A DNA stretch of 61,061 nucleotides, the filler included, from Platydemus manokwari (taxonomy: Eukaryota): NCBI GenBank assembly GCA_037951405.1. It is 5 parts of 5 records of this genome, joined end to end, with 100 filler letters (N's around TTAATTAATTAA, not from the genome) between each part and the next. Parts side by side here need not be neighbours in the genome. Positions count along the whole stretch, not along the records: positions 36,945 to 48,042 come from JBBMOY010909975.1; positions 48,143 to 61,061 come from JBBMOY011906941.1; 3 more parts are not named here. The stretch is one strand, 5' to 3'. Positions 40,070 to 53,519 of the stretch are shown in pieces; the stretch's first letter is position 1; every line of letters begins with the position of its first letter. The notes beneath the pieces were generated by a model. The model was not told the origin of the DNA. It did no database searches and worked only from the letters and a program-made list of their open reading frames with translations. Position numbers and translations under genes: made by a program.

Positions 40070-42500
40070 TTAATAATTATAATGCGTGCTTTAACCTTAA
40101 AAATAACTTATTAATTATTTTAACCATAATAATAATTATTATACTATTATTATATCATTTTATTTTCCATTTCTTTATTATTTTTAAAACCATTGATTAT
40201 CTTTTCGTTTTATTTTTATCTGTTATTAGATTTATTTACTTTTTAATTCTATTTTTGTTATTTATTGCTTGTTTTCTGATTGTCGAACTTTAATAGGTTG
40301 TTCGACAATTTAAAAAAAAAACTCTTACCAAAACTAGGAGATAATGTAACGATTCGATATAATATTTAATTCAATCAATCCATCAAGGCATTTTAGCAAG
40401 ACTAAAACCGAGAAAGTATGCGAACGACTTGCTCAATTAGGTATTGGTTCTACATCTATACGTTTTCTAGAATAGAACTGACTATTTTCTTCTTTTTCGC
40501 AATGAATTAGCTTTGAGAAATATTTCTCTCTAGTATAAAATTTTAAACCGTCATTGTAAAATTTTCCTTTGTCACGCCATAATAACGTGATGCGCATTCG
40601 TAATTTGTGATGAGAAATTATGATATTTCGAAAGTTATTAATAATGAAAATTTAATTTAAGGAACGCAACCAACTTTTCACTGGAAGCATGCAACTTAAA
40701 CTTTTTATTCTTTATTAATCGGAATATAAAATAATACAATGCAGTCTGATAATAATATAAGATTATAATATTTCAAAGATATTTTCCACCACATATCACT
40801 AAAAAAATCAATAAATTACATTTCTTTCTTAGCTCAATTAACTTTATAACTAAAGCAGAAAATAAAATATTCAGCAAAATCGTATACAACAAGTAGTTTT
40901 CTATTACAGAATGTGGGAGTGAAAATTCATGAGAAAATTTCAGCCGTATCTTCGGCAGTAGAATACAAAAATAGAACAATATTGAAAGAAAATTAACAAA
41001 AAAATCATTGAGGATTATTTTTCACTTACATTTATAATTGTTTTTGAAATGATAAATAATATGATATTCTCTCCAATGTATATTCTTCTCTCAGAGAAAA
41101 AAATTATTCAATTAAAAATTATGGGATTAAAATGCTTTGACAATTCGATAATTTCTTTGAGGAAATTAGTCGGGTCTAATAAATTTGGTTAGGGGATAAT
41201 TATCAGTTCCAATAATTTCATCAAACCAATGGCAACGAATTCAGATAAATAACGAAATTAAATTATCCAAAAACGAACCAATTAAGTGCCGCAAAAAATA
41301 ATTTTTAGAATATTTCATAAATAAAATTCATTAATGGTGTCTATCGACGACAAAATTAAAATATCGAAGATAATTTGTATTATTATACATTTTAATGAAA
41401 CAAAGTGATAAGAATTGACAATGCATTTGATTATAAAATTTTATAATATATAAATTATAATTTATTTATCAAAATATTAAGTTTTTCGTTATCAAACTAT
41501 AATTGCAGTGGATAAGGGAATACAAATTAATAGAAGGATAATAAGGAGCTTCGTAATCTTGATTAATATGGATAACAATTTCGAAATGAATCTTTAAAAT
41601 AAAAGGATCGGTAAGAATATGCGGAAACTTTTCTTTATTAGTAATATTGTTTTTCAGATAAACATTACTGATATCAGATCGTTATTATCTGACAAAATAT
41701 TGATTAGAATCTCTATTAATTATGTGGATTTTCTTGTCAAAAAGTAGATAGTTTTCTTGCTGCTTATCTTATCAATATCGATTAAAACTCTGAATCTATC
41801 ATTTAATGATTAGTTCACCGATGAATTCAAACACACAAACAGTTTTAATTGGTAAAATATTTAATGTTGTGACAATTTTTCAGATGATTTTGCAACAATT
41901 ACTTTTAAAAACGTTCTCATGACAACGTGCTTTATAATTGTATCTAATTTGTAAAGTTTTAATAAATAAAAACCAAGTTACATTAAATATTTCTCATAAC
42001 TAATAGGATAAGCACTAATTTTCAACATAATAGTTTATCAATGGTAATTTTTAAAGACACCTTACGAAGAGAAATATTTAAGAGAAGGGTTTAAGTTAAG
42101 AATAGGGGTCTTTTGATCTACTTTCGTTGTGATGAATTTTCGCGCACGAGGTAATTTTATAACTTAATTTTATACTTGCGATATTTAATTTATTAGGATA
42201 ATTCAGTTGGCACCTCACTTATTTAGGATGTCTCATAAGAATAAAATACAGTTTTTAAACAAAGTTCCTATTCCAATCGCAACACTTCTATATGATTATT
42301 TGAGTTTTTAAATTTGAATTTATTTGGTTACAAATAAACTTTGGAAGCTCATGACATGTTTATTAATCTAGTTTTACTTGTTTTCATCAAATAATTGTAA
42401 AAATTTAGAATGTCTCAATTTGCGTCTAGTATTAAAAATATGGTATTGAAATTTTCAAATAATCGATTTCTTAAGAGATTTTCAAGCTCTATTGTATTTA

Positions 42501-42612
42501 ATATTTGATTTCAAACAACTAAAATTCTACTTAAACACTTAAATAAAAAATTCAAAATGTTTTTAAAGAATCTAATTAAATAAACTATATATAGATTTTT
42601 GTAATGCACTCA
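42501..42612. repeat. Dispersed AT-rich repeat, copy 2 (similar to 7795-7890)
   Basis: Shares sequence blocks with 7795-7890. Confidence 0.6.
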
Positions 42613-43251
42613 ACCAAGGAAATATTTTATTTAATGAACCCTTTTAACTTGAGCCGATTTTTCAAAAAGAGATATTCATCAACAATAACAATATTAATTA
42701 ATTTCCACTACTTTTTGTTACTTATGTGGATTGATTTCTATGTGTTATCTAATAGAACCGTAGAAGAATAGAAATAGACCACAATCGAAACATATTGAAA
42801 CCATTTGGTATGAATATTAATATTTATAAAATTGACAGCAAAGCCGCTGTATCGAATTGGTAATCAGACAAGCTTGCTTAATGATGAATATCATTGGAAG
42901 AAATATTTATTATTTTCTCCCAGAAAATCCGTCAGTTTCGGATAAATATAAAACAAAAACTAAAACTATCGCTTCACATCACAATATTACAAATAAATAA
43001 ATGATGTGGTGATGTTTTTGTTTCGTTTGGGTTTGATTGAGGAAATATATTCCAATTACTTCTGTACGGATTTTGTATTGGCGGGTGGGTCGCAAATGTT
43101 TGAGAATACAAATGTATACTTACATTCGATGATAGTTAATGTTTATTAGGTATACATTATTAATCATTGAAAATGTCATAAATGATTTAAGCGATGATTT
43201 GATTTGAATCCAGATAATTGAGAATAATAATATTACAAATGACTAATAACA

Positions 43252-43252
<1 letters not shown>

Positions 43253-43329
<77 letters not shown>
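43253..43329. repeat. (ATT)n microsatellite
   Basis: Directly visible perfect run. Confidence 0.97.
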
Positions 43330-46300
43330 GCAGTACATCTAAGGCAATAATAATGGCAATTCGTTGTAACGACTAAGAAGGGAATAAACTAAGAAATCCA
43401 ATGAGCCTGTTTATTAGTGAAGATTAATTGGGATAAAAATAGTCATTGATATCTAATCAACATTAATACTCGATTTTTTCCAATAAAATTTAAATGCAGT
43501 AAATAAAAGAAAAGTATTTTGGTGGAGTCCTTTAATTTATAATTGCCATAATTAGAAGAAACGCATTTTGGTCAATTTGTTGGTGAGATTCAATCTAATG
43601 GAAAACTGAAAGAAAGGTCAAAAATGAAAAAGATTATTCGGGAAATATTATTCCTCTCTATAAAACCCACACAATAAATAAAAAAATGCCAAAACATGAA
43701 ATTTTAAAAATCGCAACAACAGACGCATCGAAAGGCAGTGTTTAAAGAAAATAATAAACACAATATTCACCAAATGAAACACAAAATATGTCAACGCTGA
43801 TCTACTTAAATAAACATCAAAGTTGTCATTGCAACAATTTAAAACGTTACGGTAATGATAAATGTTTGGTTATATTAAGGTCAAATCCATCTTCTTATCA
43901 ATCAATCACATATGACTTTGATCACCAGAACTTGCAGTTTTGTTTAAGGTAAATGTTTATAAATATTATGATCACTATTATCGAGCTTATAAAATAATAT
44001 AATTATGTAATTACCAGGAACTATTGGAACCATAAATAAAATTCATAATAAAACACATTGTTTGATTCCCGTTATATCATTGACAAAACATTGATAAATA
44101 AATAAAATATAGGTGAGGAGCACAAGATAAAAATCATAAAGAATCATGTTAAAAAATATAATCTTGTATATTTTAGTAGTTTTAAAAAATAATGTTTTTC
44201 ACGATGTTTTTCTTTTTGATTATTCTCTTGTAATTATATTTACAGCAAAATCGAATTGGTGAGTCGTGGTAAAGAAATGCTTTGAAGAAGCTCTGTAGTT
44301 CACACATTTCAGCTTTTTTCAAATCACTGAACTAAACTAAACGGGTTCGTTAAACAAGTTTCCATGAGAAATTATATTTAATTAAAAGTTTATTATCAAA
44401 TAAAAGGAAAAACATAAAATAATGAACGACTTTTTCTTAATGATATCGAATACTTTGTTTTAGTGTGTTGATTAATTAACTTAACTAAAGGGGTTTTCTT
44501 TCATTTAAATTATAAAATTTCTGATAAACAATATAGAAATTTAGAAAATTCAAAATCAGCATTTGACTGTAATTTAGAGAGCTTGACTGATTATGGATAT
44601 ATTGAAGAAAACCCTTTCTTGAGTACGTGCAAGTTAATCTCACAGTATCCTTTGATCTGTATCTTTCCTCTGGATATTTGGAATGCTAAAACTGCTTTGA
44701 AATCTTATGTTTCGGGATCAGCATCCAATGAATGCCTTTCGCAGTGCATATTTTTAACAAAGATCTTTTGAATAAAGTAGTACTAGTAGTATTAGTAATA
44801 ATAATAAACCTTGAAATGAAAACTTTTGGTGTTTGATAAGTTGTTAAGGTGATGTCAAGTTGCGTGAACATCTAGAATCACGACTTTTAAGTAAACTAAA
44901 TTAATTCTTTGTGTTGGGTATTAATCAAAAATTAAACCTGAAAATTATATTACCTAAAATGTTACAATCTCTATTCCAACAACTGCAATTAAACCCTTTT
45001 TAATCAACAATGGTTTATCAACAGTTTATCAATAGTTTATCACACAAGATGGGATCAGCATCCAAAAGTCAAAGATAGAAGAGAAAATAGTCAAAAAGAC
45101 TGGTTAATGAAAATTCCACAAAGTTAAGATTGCCGACCAAACAAGACAGGAAGTTAATCATGGAACTCAACCTCTTTTATAAACTTATTAAGTGTGTATG
45201 CTTGATATCAATGGTCTTCGTTTTCTATTTTGTTCGTGAATCGGTCTGCTTGAAAATTTCTTCGTATCTCTTATGCTGTTGGTAAATACTTGAGTTTGCT
45301 GTCATTTGTAGATATGTATCTGTCGATTCTTAGCTTCAAAATGTGGATTAATATTAGAACGAATATGGTTGGCTGACGATACACGTGCATATCGGTTTGT
45401 GATCTACTCGACCTTTATAAAGTACAGAATGTGGGATTTGAAATTTCCTTTAGGGTTGACCGTAAGAGTAGTCAATGAATCGCATTGATAACAAAATCAT
45501 ATATTTATGTGTTGTAGTTATGATATTAGTTCAGATGCAAATTTCCGTGGACTATTAAATGCATAATCTATGTTAACCTTCTTCTTCACTAAACCAATCA
45601 ATGCATGCCTCAATCAATATATTAACTAACAAACCTATTTGGAATAATAATTTTCATTCTTTTATTATTGAAAACCTATATTTTCTAAATTATATCACCT
45701 GGCTGGATTGTTGAGTTTACTAAATCATCACAAAACATGACTAAAATTCTCAGCAAAACAATATCATATTGAGAATCGATATCAATAATTCTGGGAATAT
45801 TTGAATTCACCTCACACAGTGAAACACAGCCAATTAATTACCCATATAATATCTATGGGTTGTTTGAGTTCATTCAAACACATGTGTTTTCCAATGATAT
45901 TTATTTCGAAGGAATATTCAGATAAACTTTTGTTTATTCGTTATCAGTCAATATTTGAAGATTTCTTCTGAAAGTGGCTTCAGTTCATTTATTATTCGAT
46001 TGAAATATTTTGGAGTTTTTGTTTTATTAACAATTTAAAATATTCATTACTATGATAACACATTAATGAAATTTTAATAAAATCAATATATGAACTTATC
46101 GATCAATGCTTTGATCTAAAAATGAGGCGCCGAGCCGAGTTAATTATTATTGCAGGAGACAATTAAATGCATAATAATATTTAGCATAAATTATTTTTTA
46201 AAATAGTTTTATAAATTACAAATAATAATCGTAATAATTGTTGACGAATAGAAATACTTCTAACCAATAAAAATAAAAATGTGGAATAATTTTAAAACCG

Positions 46301-47813
46301 TCATATGCATTTTATAATTATCTTATTAATGTAGCTGCTAGTATTTCATGAAGTTCAAATTGAAAACTATTTAAGAAATGCAACCCAAAAAATATATTTT
46401 AATGACTGTAGTTAAACAAACTAATTAAAGGGTATTTTTAATGTAAATTTTAGTAAATTATTTGAAAATTTTGTATATAAATCAATGTTTGAATTATAAA
46501 TAATCCTGATTGTAAACTGCTACCATTTGATAAAACACACATCAAAAACCAAATGAAAGTTACGCCATCAAATCATATTTAAATACAATTTTTTCAATTT
46601 TGATTTAATTTAAAATTCTGACAACTGATTAAGTTTGGTAATAATTGATTTTCTCTAGTAATCTAATTGCTTTACACATTTTTAATTTGTTTTGAATGTC
46701 AAATATTAAGCAACGCTTTTAAATGAATAATTCTAACTAATATCAAAATTTCAATGAGATAGCTGCCACTAACAATCGATACTGAGAAGTTTCTTAAAAT
46801 AAAAAATAAAAAATAAAAACATCATTTGCATACAAATATAGTTTTTGATTTAAAATTATTTTACTGAATCAATAATATCACTATTATAGAACCAAATAAA
46901 TAATATATTATATTAACCAATGAGAGCTGCGTTAGATTACAACTGATATCAAAGACTGTTGGTTTATTTAAGATAATAATTAAAGGTCATGTATTGCTGG
47001 TAATTCTTGATGATATCACAGTGCTGGTGGAACACAAATGGTGCTGGATATCAGTGGTGCTGCTATTTTATCTCTTGGTATGTGTTTAATCCAATGATAA
47101 TCAGAATGTAATTTGTATTGAAAATATAGGTTCCCGTATCGAATGTTAATTAATATACCACTTCATTTCAATCAATTAATTAGATTAATAAATGAGGTAT
47201 TTTTCTGGTTCAATAGTTAATCCAATGAAAAGTTATTTAATTTCAAAGATTTTTAGTCTTTGAAAAATTCTTTCTACCCAATAATGCCAGATAGGATTTC
47301 AAATCAATGACGATTTCTCTGAATTTCATTATCACTCTTCAATGGGATTCGAGCAGTGGCTTTATTTATATTTTAATTTTACATCAACACATATCTCTCA
47401 TAATAATATCAACAATAATCCATTATGCATAATCAATAATCCATATTAATCACAATATAATGCTTAATAATAATATTAATAATTGGAGGAGATTAAAATT
47501 TTGATAATTTATAAGAGGACAACAGAACTACTAATATGGGTATTAGGTACGTCGAAGTAGGGAAAAGTGTAGCAAACAAAGATTGGACAAAGATACTGGT
47601 TTGAAAAAATAAAGGACAATGAAAAAGATAATGGATTTGATAAGAAAAGTAATAAGTCAACTAATGCAATAAATCCAGCAGGATCCAGAAAGCCATGGTA
47701 TCATTGGGTGAAAGAGATATTAGACATTCACGTTTAATGGTGATTTAATACAATCCAATTTGCTAATCATGTTAGATAGCGAATAATTATGAATATCGCT
47801 GAACAGCTTTGCC

Positions 47814-48042
47814 AATAATAATAATGATAATAACAATGATAATAATAATAATAATGATAATAATAAATATAATAATAANNNNNNNNNNNNNNNNNNNNNN
47901 NNNNNNNNNNNNNNNNNNNNNNNNNNNNNNNNNNNNNNNNNNNNNNNNNNNNNNNNNNNNNNNNNNNNNNNNNNNNNNNNNNNNNNNNNNNNNNNNNNNN
48001 NNNNNNNNNNNNNNNNNNNNNNNNNNNAGAATAATAATAATG
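47814..48042. repeat. Imperfect (ATA)n microsatellite spanning an N gap (47879-48027)
   Basis: Directly visible; explains the poly-Ile ORF 47809..48090. Confidence 0.95.
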
Positions 48043-48142
48043 NNNNNNNNNNNNNNNNNNNNNNNNNNNNNNNNNNNNNNNNNNNNTTAATTAATTAANN
48101 NNNNNNNNNNNNNNNNNNNNNNNNNNNNNNNNNNNNNNNNNN
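48043..48142. other. Artificial contig spacer
   Basis: 44N-TTAATTAATTAA-44N. Confidence 0.97.
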
Positions 48143-48320
48143 AATTAAAATTGTATCAACATAAAGGCAATAAATTATCAGAAATATATTTATATATTTG
48201 CCATATGATACATTTATAGTACATTTTAAAATAGTTTAAAAATAAATTTCATGAAATTTTATAAACTATAAAATTAAATGATATTTATAAGTGATTTAGA
48301 CTTTGACATTATCTATGCAG

Positions 48321-48463
48321 TCATTGGGAGAAAGGAATATTTTAGAAATGGTTTGAAATCATATTTTGATGAACACGAATATTCAGATTTTGTTGATGTA
48401 AAAGAGTTATTAATGACATTTATTACATACATGATCAAGTTGAAAAGTTTGACGATATTAATG
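48321..48463 (+). pseudogene. Possible isolated M1 aminopeptidase-like exon or fragment
   Basis: AG/GT-bounded segment reading IGRKEYFRNGLKSYFDEHEYSD, resembling the M1 peptidase motif G.E.FR.GL..YL..H.YSN. No neighbouring exons recognised. Confidence 0.3.
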
Positions 48464-50299
48464 GTAAACATTGTGTAAATATTGCAGCTATTGTAAATAT
48501 ATGATATTTTAAAATTAGTAAATAAATTTAATTATGATTTCGAACTTTGTTTTTATTGGCGAACAATTCAAAAACACACTGACTAGAATCAAATTTAATG
48601 AGAGAAGTTGAATATTTGTAGTTTGCTCCAAAAAAATTAGGAAGATCTTGATTTCGAACACTTTGTTTTCCATATATCAACCAAAAATGTAGGTAGATTG
48701 TTCTAGATAATCAAAGATTTTGCCGCATTTAACCAAATAGAGCTGTCGATATATTACTAAGACAAGACGCCAAACAATTATGATAAAAATTCAGTGGTAT
48801 CGCACAAAGTGTCTCGAATGAAGAAATAGAGACATAGTTACCTAAAATTTTCCAGGCATAATAATAGTTACAATTTGTCGAAAACTAGACGAGAAACGTA
48901 GCTATGAACTTTGTCTACGGAAACTCGTGTCGGAACTGATTGATAAAAAATTGACATGAAAAAAATTACGAAATTATTTATTCTCCAAGAATTAAATATC
49001 GACAAAAAGTAGTTATTGTCTGATTCTTCAATGTCCGCTTATAAGAGATGAGAACTTGAGAGAAACTATTAGAAGGAAACTCATGCTAGACTTATAAACT
49101 CAGTTAAGAAGATCTATATCGAGATCGTACACTAGTAACACAAAGGAAGAATATTATGATTAAATATTCTTTTGAGAGTTGAAGTTCTTAGATTCGGTTT
49201 TAATTTCTTATTTAATGAAGTAACATCAACTACGAATTATAATTCAAGTTTATAAAAAAATAATTTTATTAATGTGCTCAATGTCAGATAAAATAAATTA
49301 AAAATTCAGTTTCTCACCATCGATAATATTTGTTTCAACTCTCATCTCAAAGTCTCACATTCACTTCCCATTTCGTCATTTCCTGGGTGAAAGATCATTC
49401 CAAATAATTTCATATTTACAACCAAAATAAAATATATTGAAATACAAAATGGTCGTACTGCGAAAAATATCACTAATGAATAATTTCCCAATGGCTGATC
49501 GAGAATTGATTATTTAGATATGATTCATTCCCTGAATGTGAATCATTGGCATGGTTTTTGCGACAAAACGAAATTTGTTTGAATCATATCTTTTCAACAA
49601 TTATTATTGAGTCGATTCAGTTCATGTAAAACTATATTTATGTACATTGATGTTGTTGGATACTACTCAATTATTCGACTAATTCTGCCTGTGAATATTT
49701 GACAATTATATGAACAATAATTTGTAACATTTTAACCCAGCTAATATTGTATTATCCAGTAAATTGGAGTCTGATATAGATGAAATTGAATTATTTGAGA
49801 TTTATTCCCCGATTCAGAATTTTTGAAAAATATTGGATTTTGGAATATTTTGGTCTGTCAATACCGATTCTTTGATAAACAGTAATGAAACAAAAAATTC
49901 CGTAAATTAATCATCATCTGCAATCTAAAGATTTCAGTAGAAATTTGGCACTTCTACAAACCAATGATAGTTTGTTTCTAAAAATAGAAAATATTGTTGA
50001 TTATTAACAAATAGATTATTACTTAATATAAAATTTCCGTAACAAATTCAGAAAATAGTCTCTTTTGTTATTATTTGAAATTACTTGGAAATTACTTTAA
50101 CCGTTTGTAACATTAATAGTTCTGAGCATTTCACATTGCTTTTATTTCTGCATTAATAATTATTTGAATATTTTCTTATGGTACATTAGACGAAATTCAG
50201 ATTTCTTGACATTTAGTAAAGAACCTGATGAGCCGTGTCATTAGATGATATTTTTCATTGATTATAATAAGATCAGTAATATTTGATCCGTATGAAACT

Positions 50300-50580
50300 G
50301 ATACGATTCATTTGATGGATAAAGATCGATTACATCCAACGAAAAGAATCATATGGCAGTGTTATATAATTATCACTGCATTTATTATCAATATAAATAT
50401 TTAATGCTTTATTATTATTACGTTTTGATTCCAATAGCAATTAAAATTATTACTGAATATAAAGGATTGTTGAGTGAAACGAAATCTTGAAAAAGAAAAT
50501 CGGATATGGACCTTGGAACCATTGTTTTAGCACTTTAAAGATTTGCATTCCTAGACAACCATATAACCACGGTAATCACA
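50300..50580 (-). mobile_element. Possible Penelope-like retroelement RT remnant
   Basis: Minus strand LPWLYG (~50575; cf. PxxYGLPKxHK) followed about 230 nt later by FFSLDVIDLYPS (cf. SxDVxSLYxS). Order and spacing fit a Penelope-like RT; heavily decayed. Confidence 0.4.
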
Positions 50581-53314
50581 CCTGGGTTAAATGGAAAACG
50601 ATAGAAAAGTAAATATCAAATTAAAATTTTTTACAACAATGACACAAAAATTACACACAGATCTCGGGTATAAATACTGATGTAAACATGGTCAACTACC
50701 AGTTGGAAACCAATTTTTGGTTACGTTTTTAGAAACATTGTATTGACGCTTACTAATTAGTACCCGTGTAGTTGAAAGTCAGGTTTTTGTTTTAATTTTG
50801 TGATACTTTGTGAGTCGTACTGATTAGTACGTGAATTAAAAATAAAGCTTGCAACCATCGATTTTTGGAGTCAGCAATCATGTGTCACAAGATTTACAAA
50901 TTTGGTTCATTTTGGTTATTTAAAATTGACACCATAACAGGATATATTAGCATAAAAACTTTGGTATTATTACTAGTCTTTGTTCATTTTTTAATGAACA
51001 AAAATATAAACTAAAAACCAAGTATCAGTTCGAAAGGAAAATATAAAACTTATTACGAGTTCAATATCGGGTTTACACGAGTCTTTCAATTATTGGTTAT
51101 CGACATTGCCCTGTTAAGCATTCATGATGTTTCACAAAACCAGAGAACCGAGTTATTTATATTCAGAACAATAGGGCACAATGGAAATCCAATTTTGTTC
51201 AGAGCTTTTATTAATTTTATTTAAAAATTATATTTTTTATAAAATTAAATATATAAAAAATTGACAAGAATGGGCTTAAAATAAAATTCTAATATCATTA
51301 AATTTATTATCTGGTAAATCAACATTTAGAGTTGTTGTCCTTTCATACCATGGCGAATATTATATACATAATTTTCAACAGAACACATTTTATTCATATA
51401 TTCTCTTTTGGTTACAAAAGAATTAAAAGTATATTGTTGGTCGATTGCTAACTCTGTTGGTTGCATCGAAGCTCTTCACATATTATTATAGTTGCACTTC
51501 ACGAGATTCACATGGAAAATTCTGGAATCAATCCTCAATAAGATTATCCACTTATGATTCCTCCTATTTCATGAGATATTTGTTTATCAAAAACCATTTA
51601 GCCCAGTGAATGAATATCGAATTTCTAAACTAGTACTGAATTTTTTATTAAATTTTTAGGGAAATTAAGGAGGAATTTTGCACTAAATACTGATAAACAA
51701 GGTCATGTCCGTATCAGGGTAGAAAAATGAAGTTTAGTATACGCTTAAATTTCTTAAACTGAAGGCATTGTTATGAATCAGATAATGGTTCAGATTGTTA
51801 GAAATATTATATTTTTTATGTTAAATTTCTTCATCATTTTTTACTTAAAATTTTCGAAATTTTGAAATTCTATTTATCATCCATGTTTTGTCAAATGATC
51901 ATAGTTCATGGAAAAATTCGATGAATATGAGGCTTGGAATCTCTAAATTTAATTTCCAATCCATATTACGATATACCAGTATGTACCAACTTCTGGTCGA
52001 ATTTTAAAGTGTTCACTGTCACATGATATAGTACATTTTAAAATATCATTTACAAATGGATATGAGCATCATCTTTCATTTATCAGCAATTCGTAGTGAT
52101 ATTTTGTTGAAGAAAAAATTACATCCCAGAAATTTGTATTTTCATTTCAGAAATACTTCTCGTATTTTTTAAAGAAAAAAATAAAATTCTAGAAATATTT
52201 TAAAAAGGATATTACTTTTTTAAAAATTTTTTGTACAGATTGAAGAGACTTATATGTTAGACACAATGATAACGATTTCTGCAAGTAGTTATTATAAATA
52301 TTTAGAACAAAGTACTTTCTAAATTTTTTAAAACTAGTAGCTGGCACACAACAACACACTACTTTCTTATTGTAACAACAAATTACACACGTCATACACA
52401 CATTTTTGTATACATTTAATCGAACATAACGATTTCAGACTCATCCATGATTTACATTCAGTCAAATTTTAGTAGGAATTTAAATCATCACTTTTATGAA
52501 ATTATCCAGCTGTAACTGTATATTCCTCTCAAAATATAAAATGCAGATTTTCTTATCAAAACCAGTTAATTTGGCTTTTTTTCGTTGTAAATAATTGATT
52601 ATTATTGAAAAGCTATAATAAAGTGTAACGATACAATTTCAAAAACAAATATAAAATAAACACACATTGCGACTAATATTATTAAAAAAAGTTTTCGATG
52701 TTCCATTTTCGGTCCATTTAATTTCGATTGATTTCAGGTTTTTGTCGTCGATATATCCTTAATATCTAAATGTTACTTAGTGACTGTTAGTAAAGATAAA
52801 AAGAATTTATGGATAAGGATAATTACGAAGATGGTACTGAAAACGTCTAAATGTCGAATTGAATTATTGATTATTCGTAATGCTCGTAGAACTTGAGAGA
52901 AACTACAACTAATAATTATAAAATGGTTTCGATTTAATTACAAAATCTATTTATATAATATTTTCCTACGATAAAAATTACCATTACGTGTTTCAATTAT
53001 GGAGAATGTGCGAAATGAAATACTGCTAAAACTTTCGAAATAAAAATTCAAATATTTATTGGTTAAAATTTTAAAATTTTTATTTTTATTTTTATTTTAT
53101 TACTCGAATACATGAATCACCAGGTGATAATATAAACTGAGCGATTAAATATTAAACCATCACATTTTATCTGCCGACATATTAATTGCTCATAATTATA
53201 AAACTTTGAACCATAATAAATTTTAGTATCGAATTTTTCTATTTCGAAATTAAGGTAAGCTTAATCAAAAGTTCAATTCACAAGTGATAATTTTATTGAT
53301 ATTTCTGCTTCAAG

Positions 53315-53519
53315 GTCCTGGTTTGGCTTTTGTTGTGTATCCAGAAGCTTTAACACAAATGTTTCTTGCACCGTTGTGGTCGGTGTTCTTCTTTTTGATG
53401 ATGATCACTCTGGGGTTTGGTTCTCAATTCGCAATAGTTGAAACGGTTTTGGCTGGCATTCAAGACGAACTAAGGCGGCTGAGATTAATTAAATCGCAAC
53501 TCCATGTCATTGTATATAG
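53315..53519 (+). CDS. SLC6 sodium:neurotransmitter symporter, single internal exon (EL4-TM8)
   Basis: CAAG|...|GTAAGT-bounded exon GPGLAFVVYPEALTQMFLAPLWSVFFFLMMITLGFGSQFAIVETVLAGIQDE, the hallmark SLC6 motif. Subfamily not assignable from one exon. Confidence 0.92.

Noticed and set aside
43500-43740. Merlin/ISXO2-like transposase hints (FGGV, TTDASKG)
   Set aside because: Only two short motifs in broken frames, and no TIRs found.
47560-47730. RTE-like LINE 3' end before the (ATA)n tract
   Set aside because: Resemblance rests on one loose motif (NPAGSRKPWYHW); not supportable.
50224-50250. CTGATGAGCC next to the Penelope-like fragment as a hammerhead
   Set aside because: No closing stem II or GAAA downstream, and it lies on the strand opposite the RT motifs.
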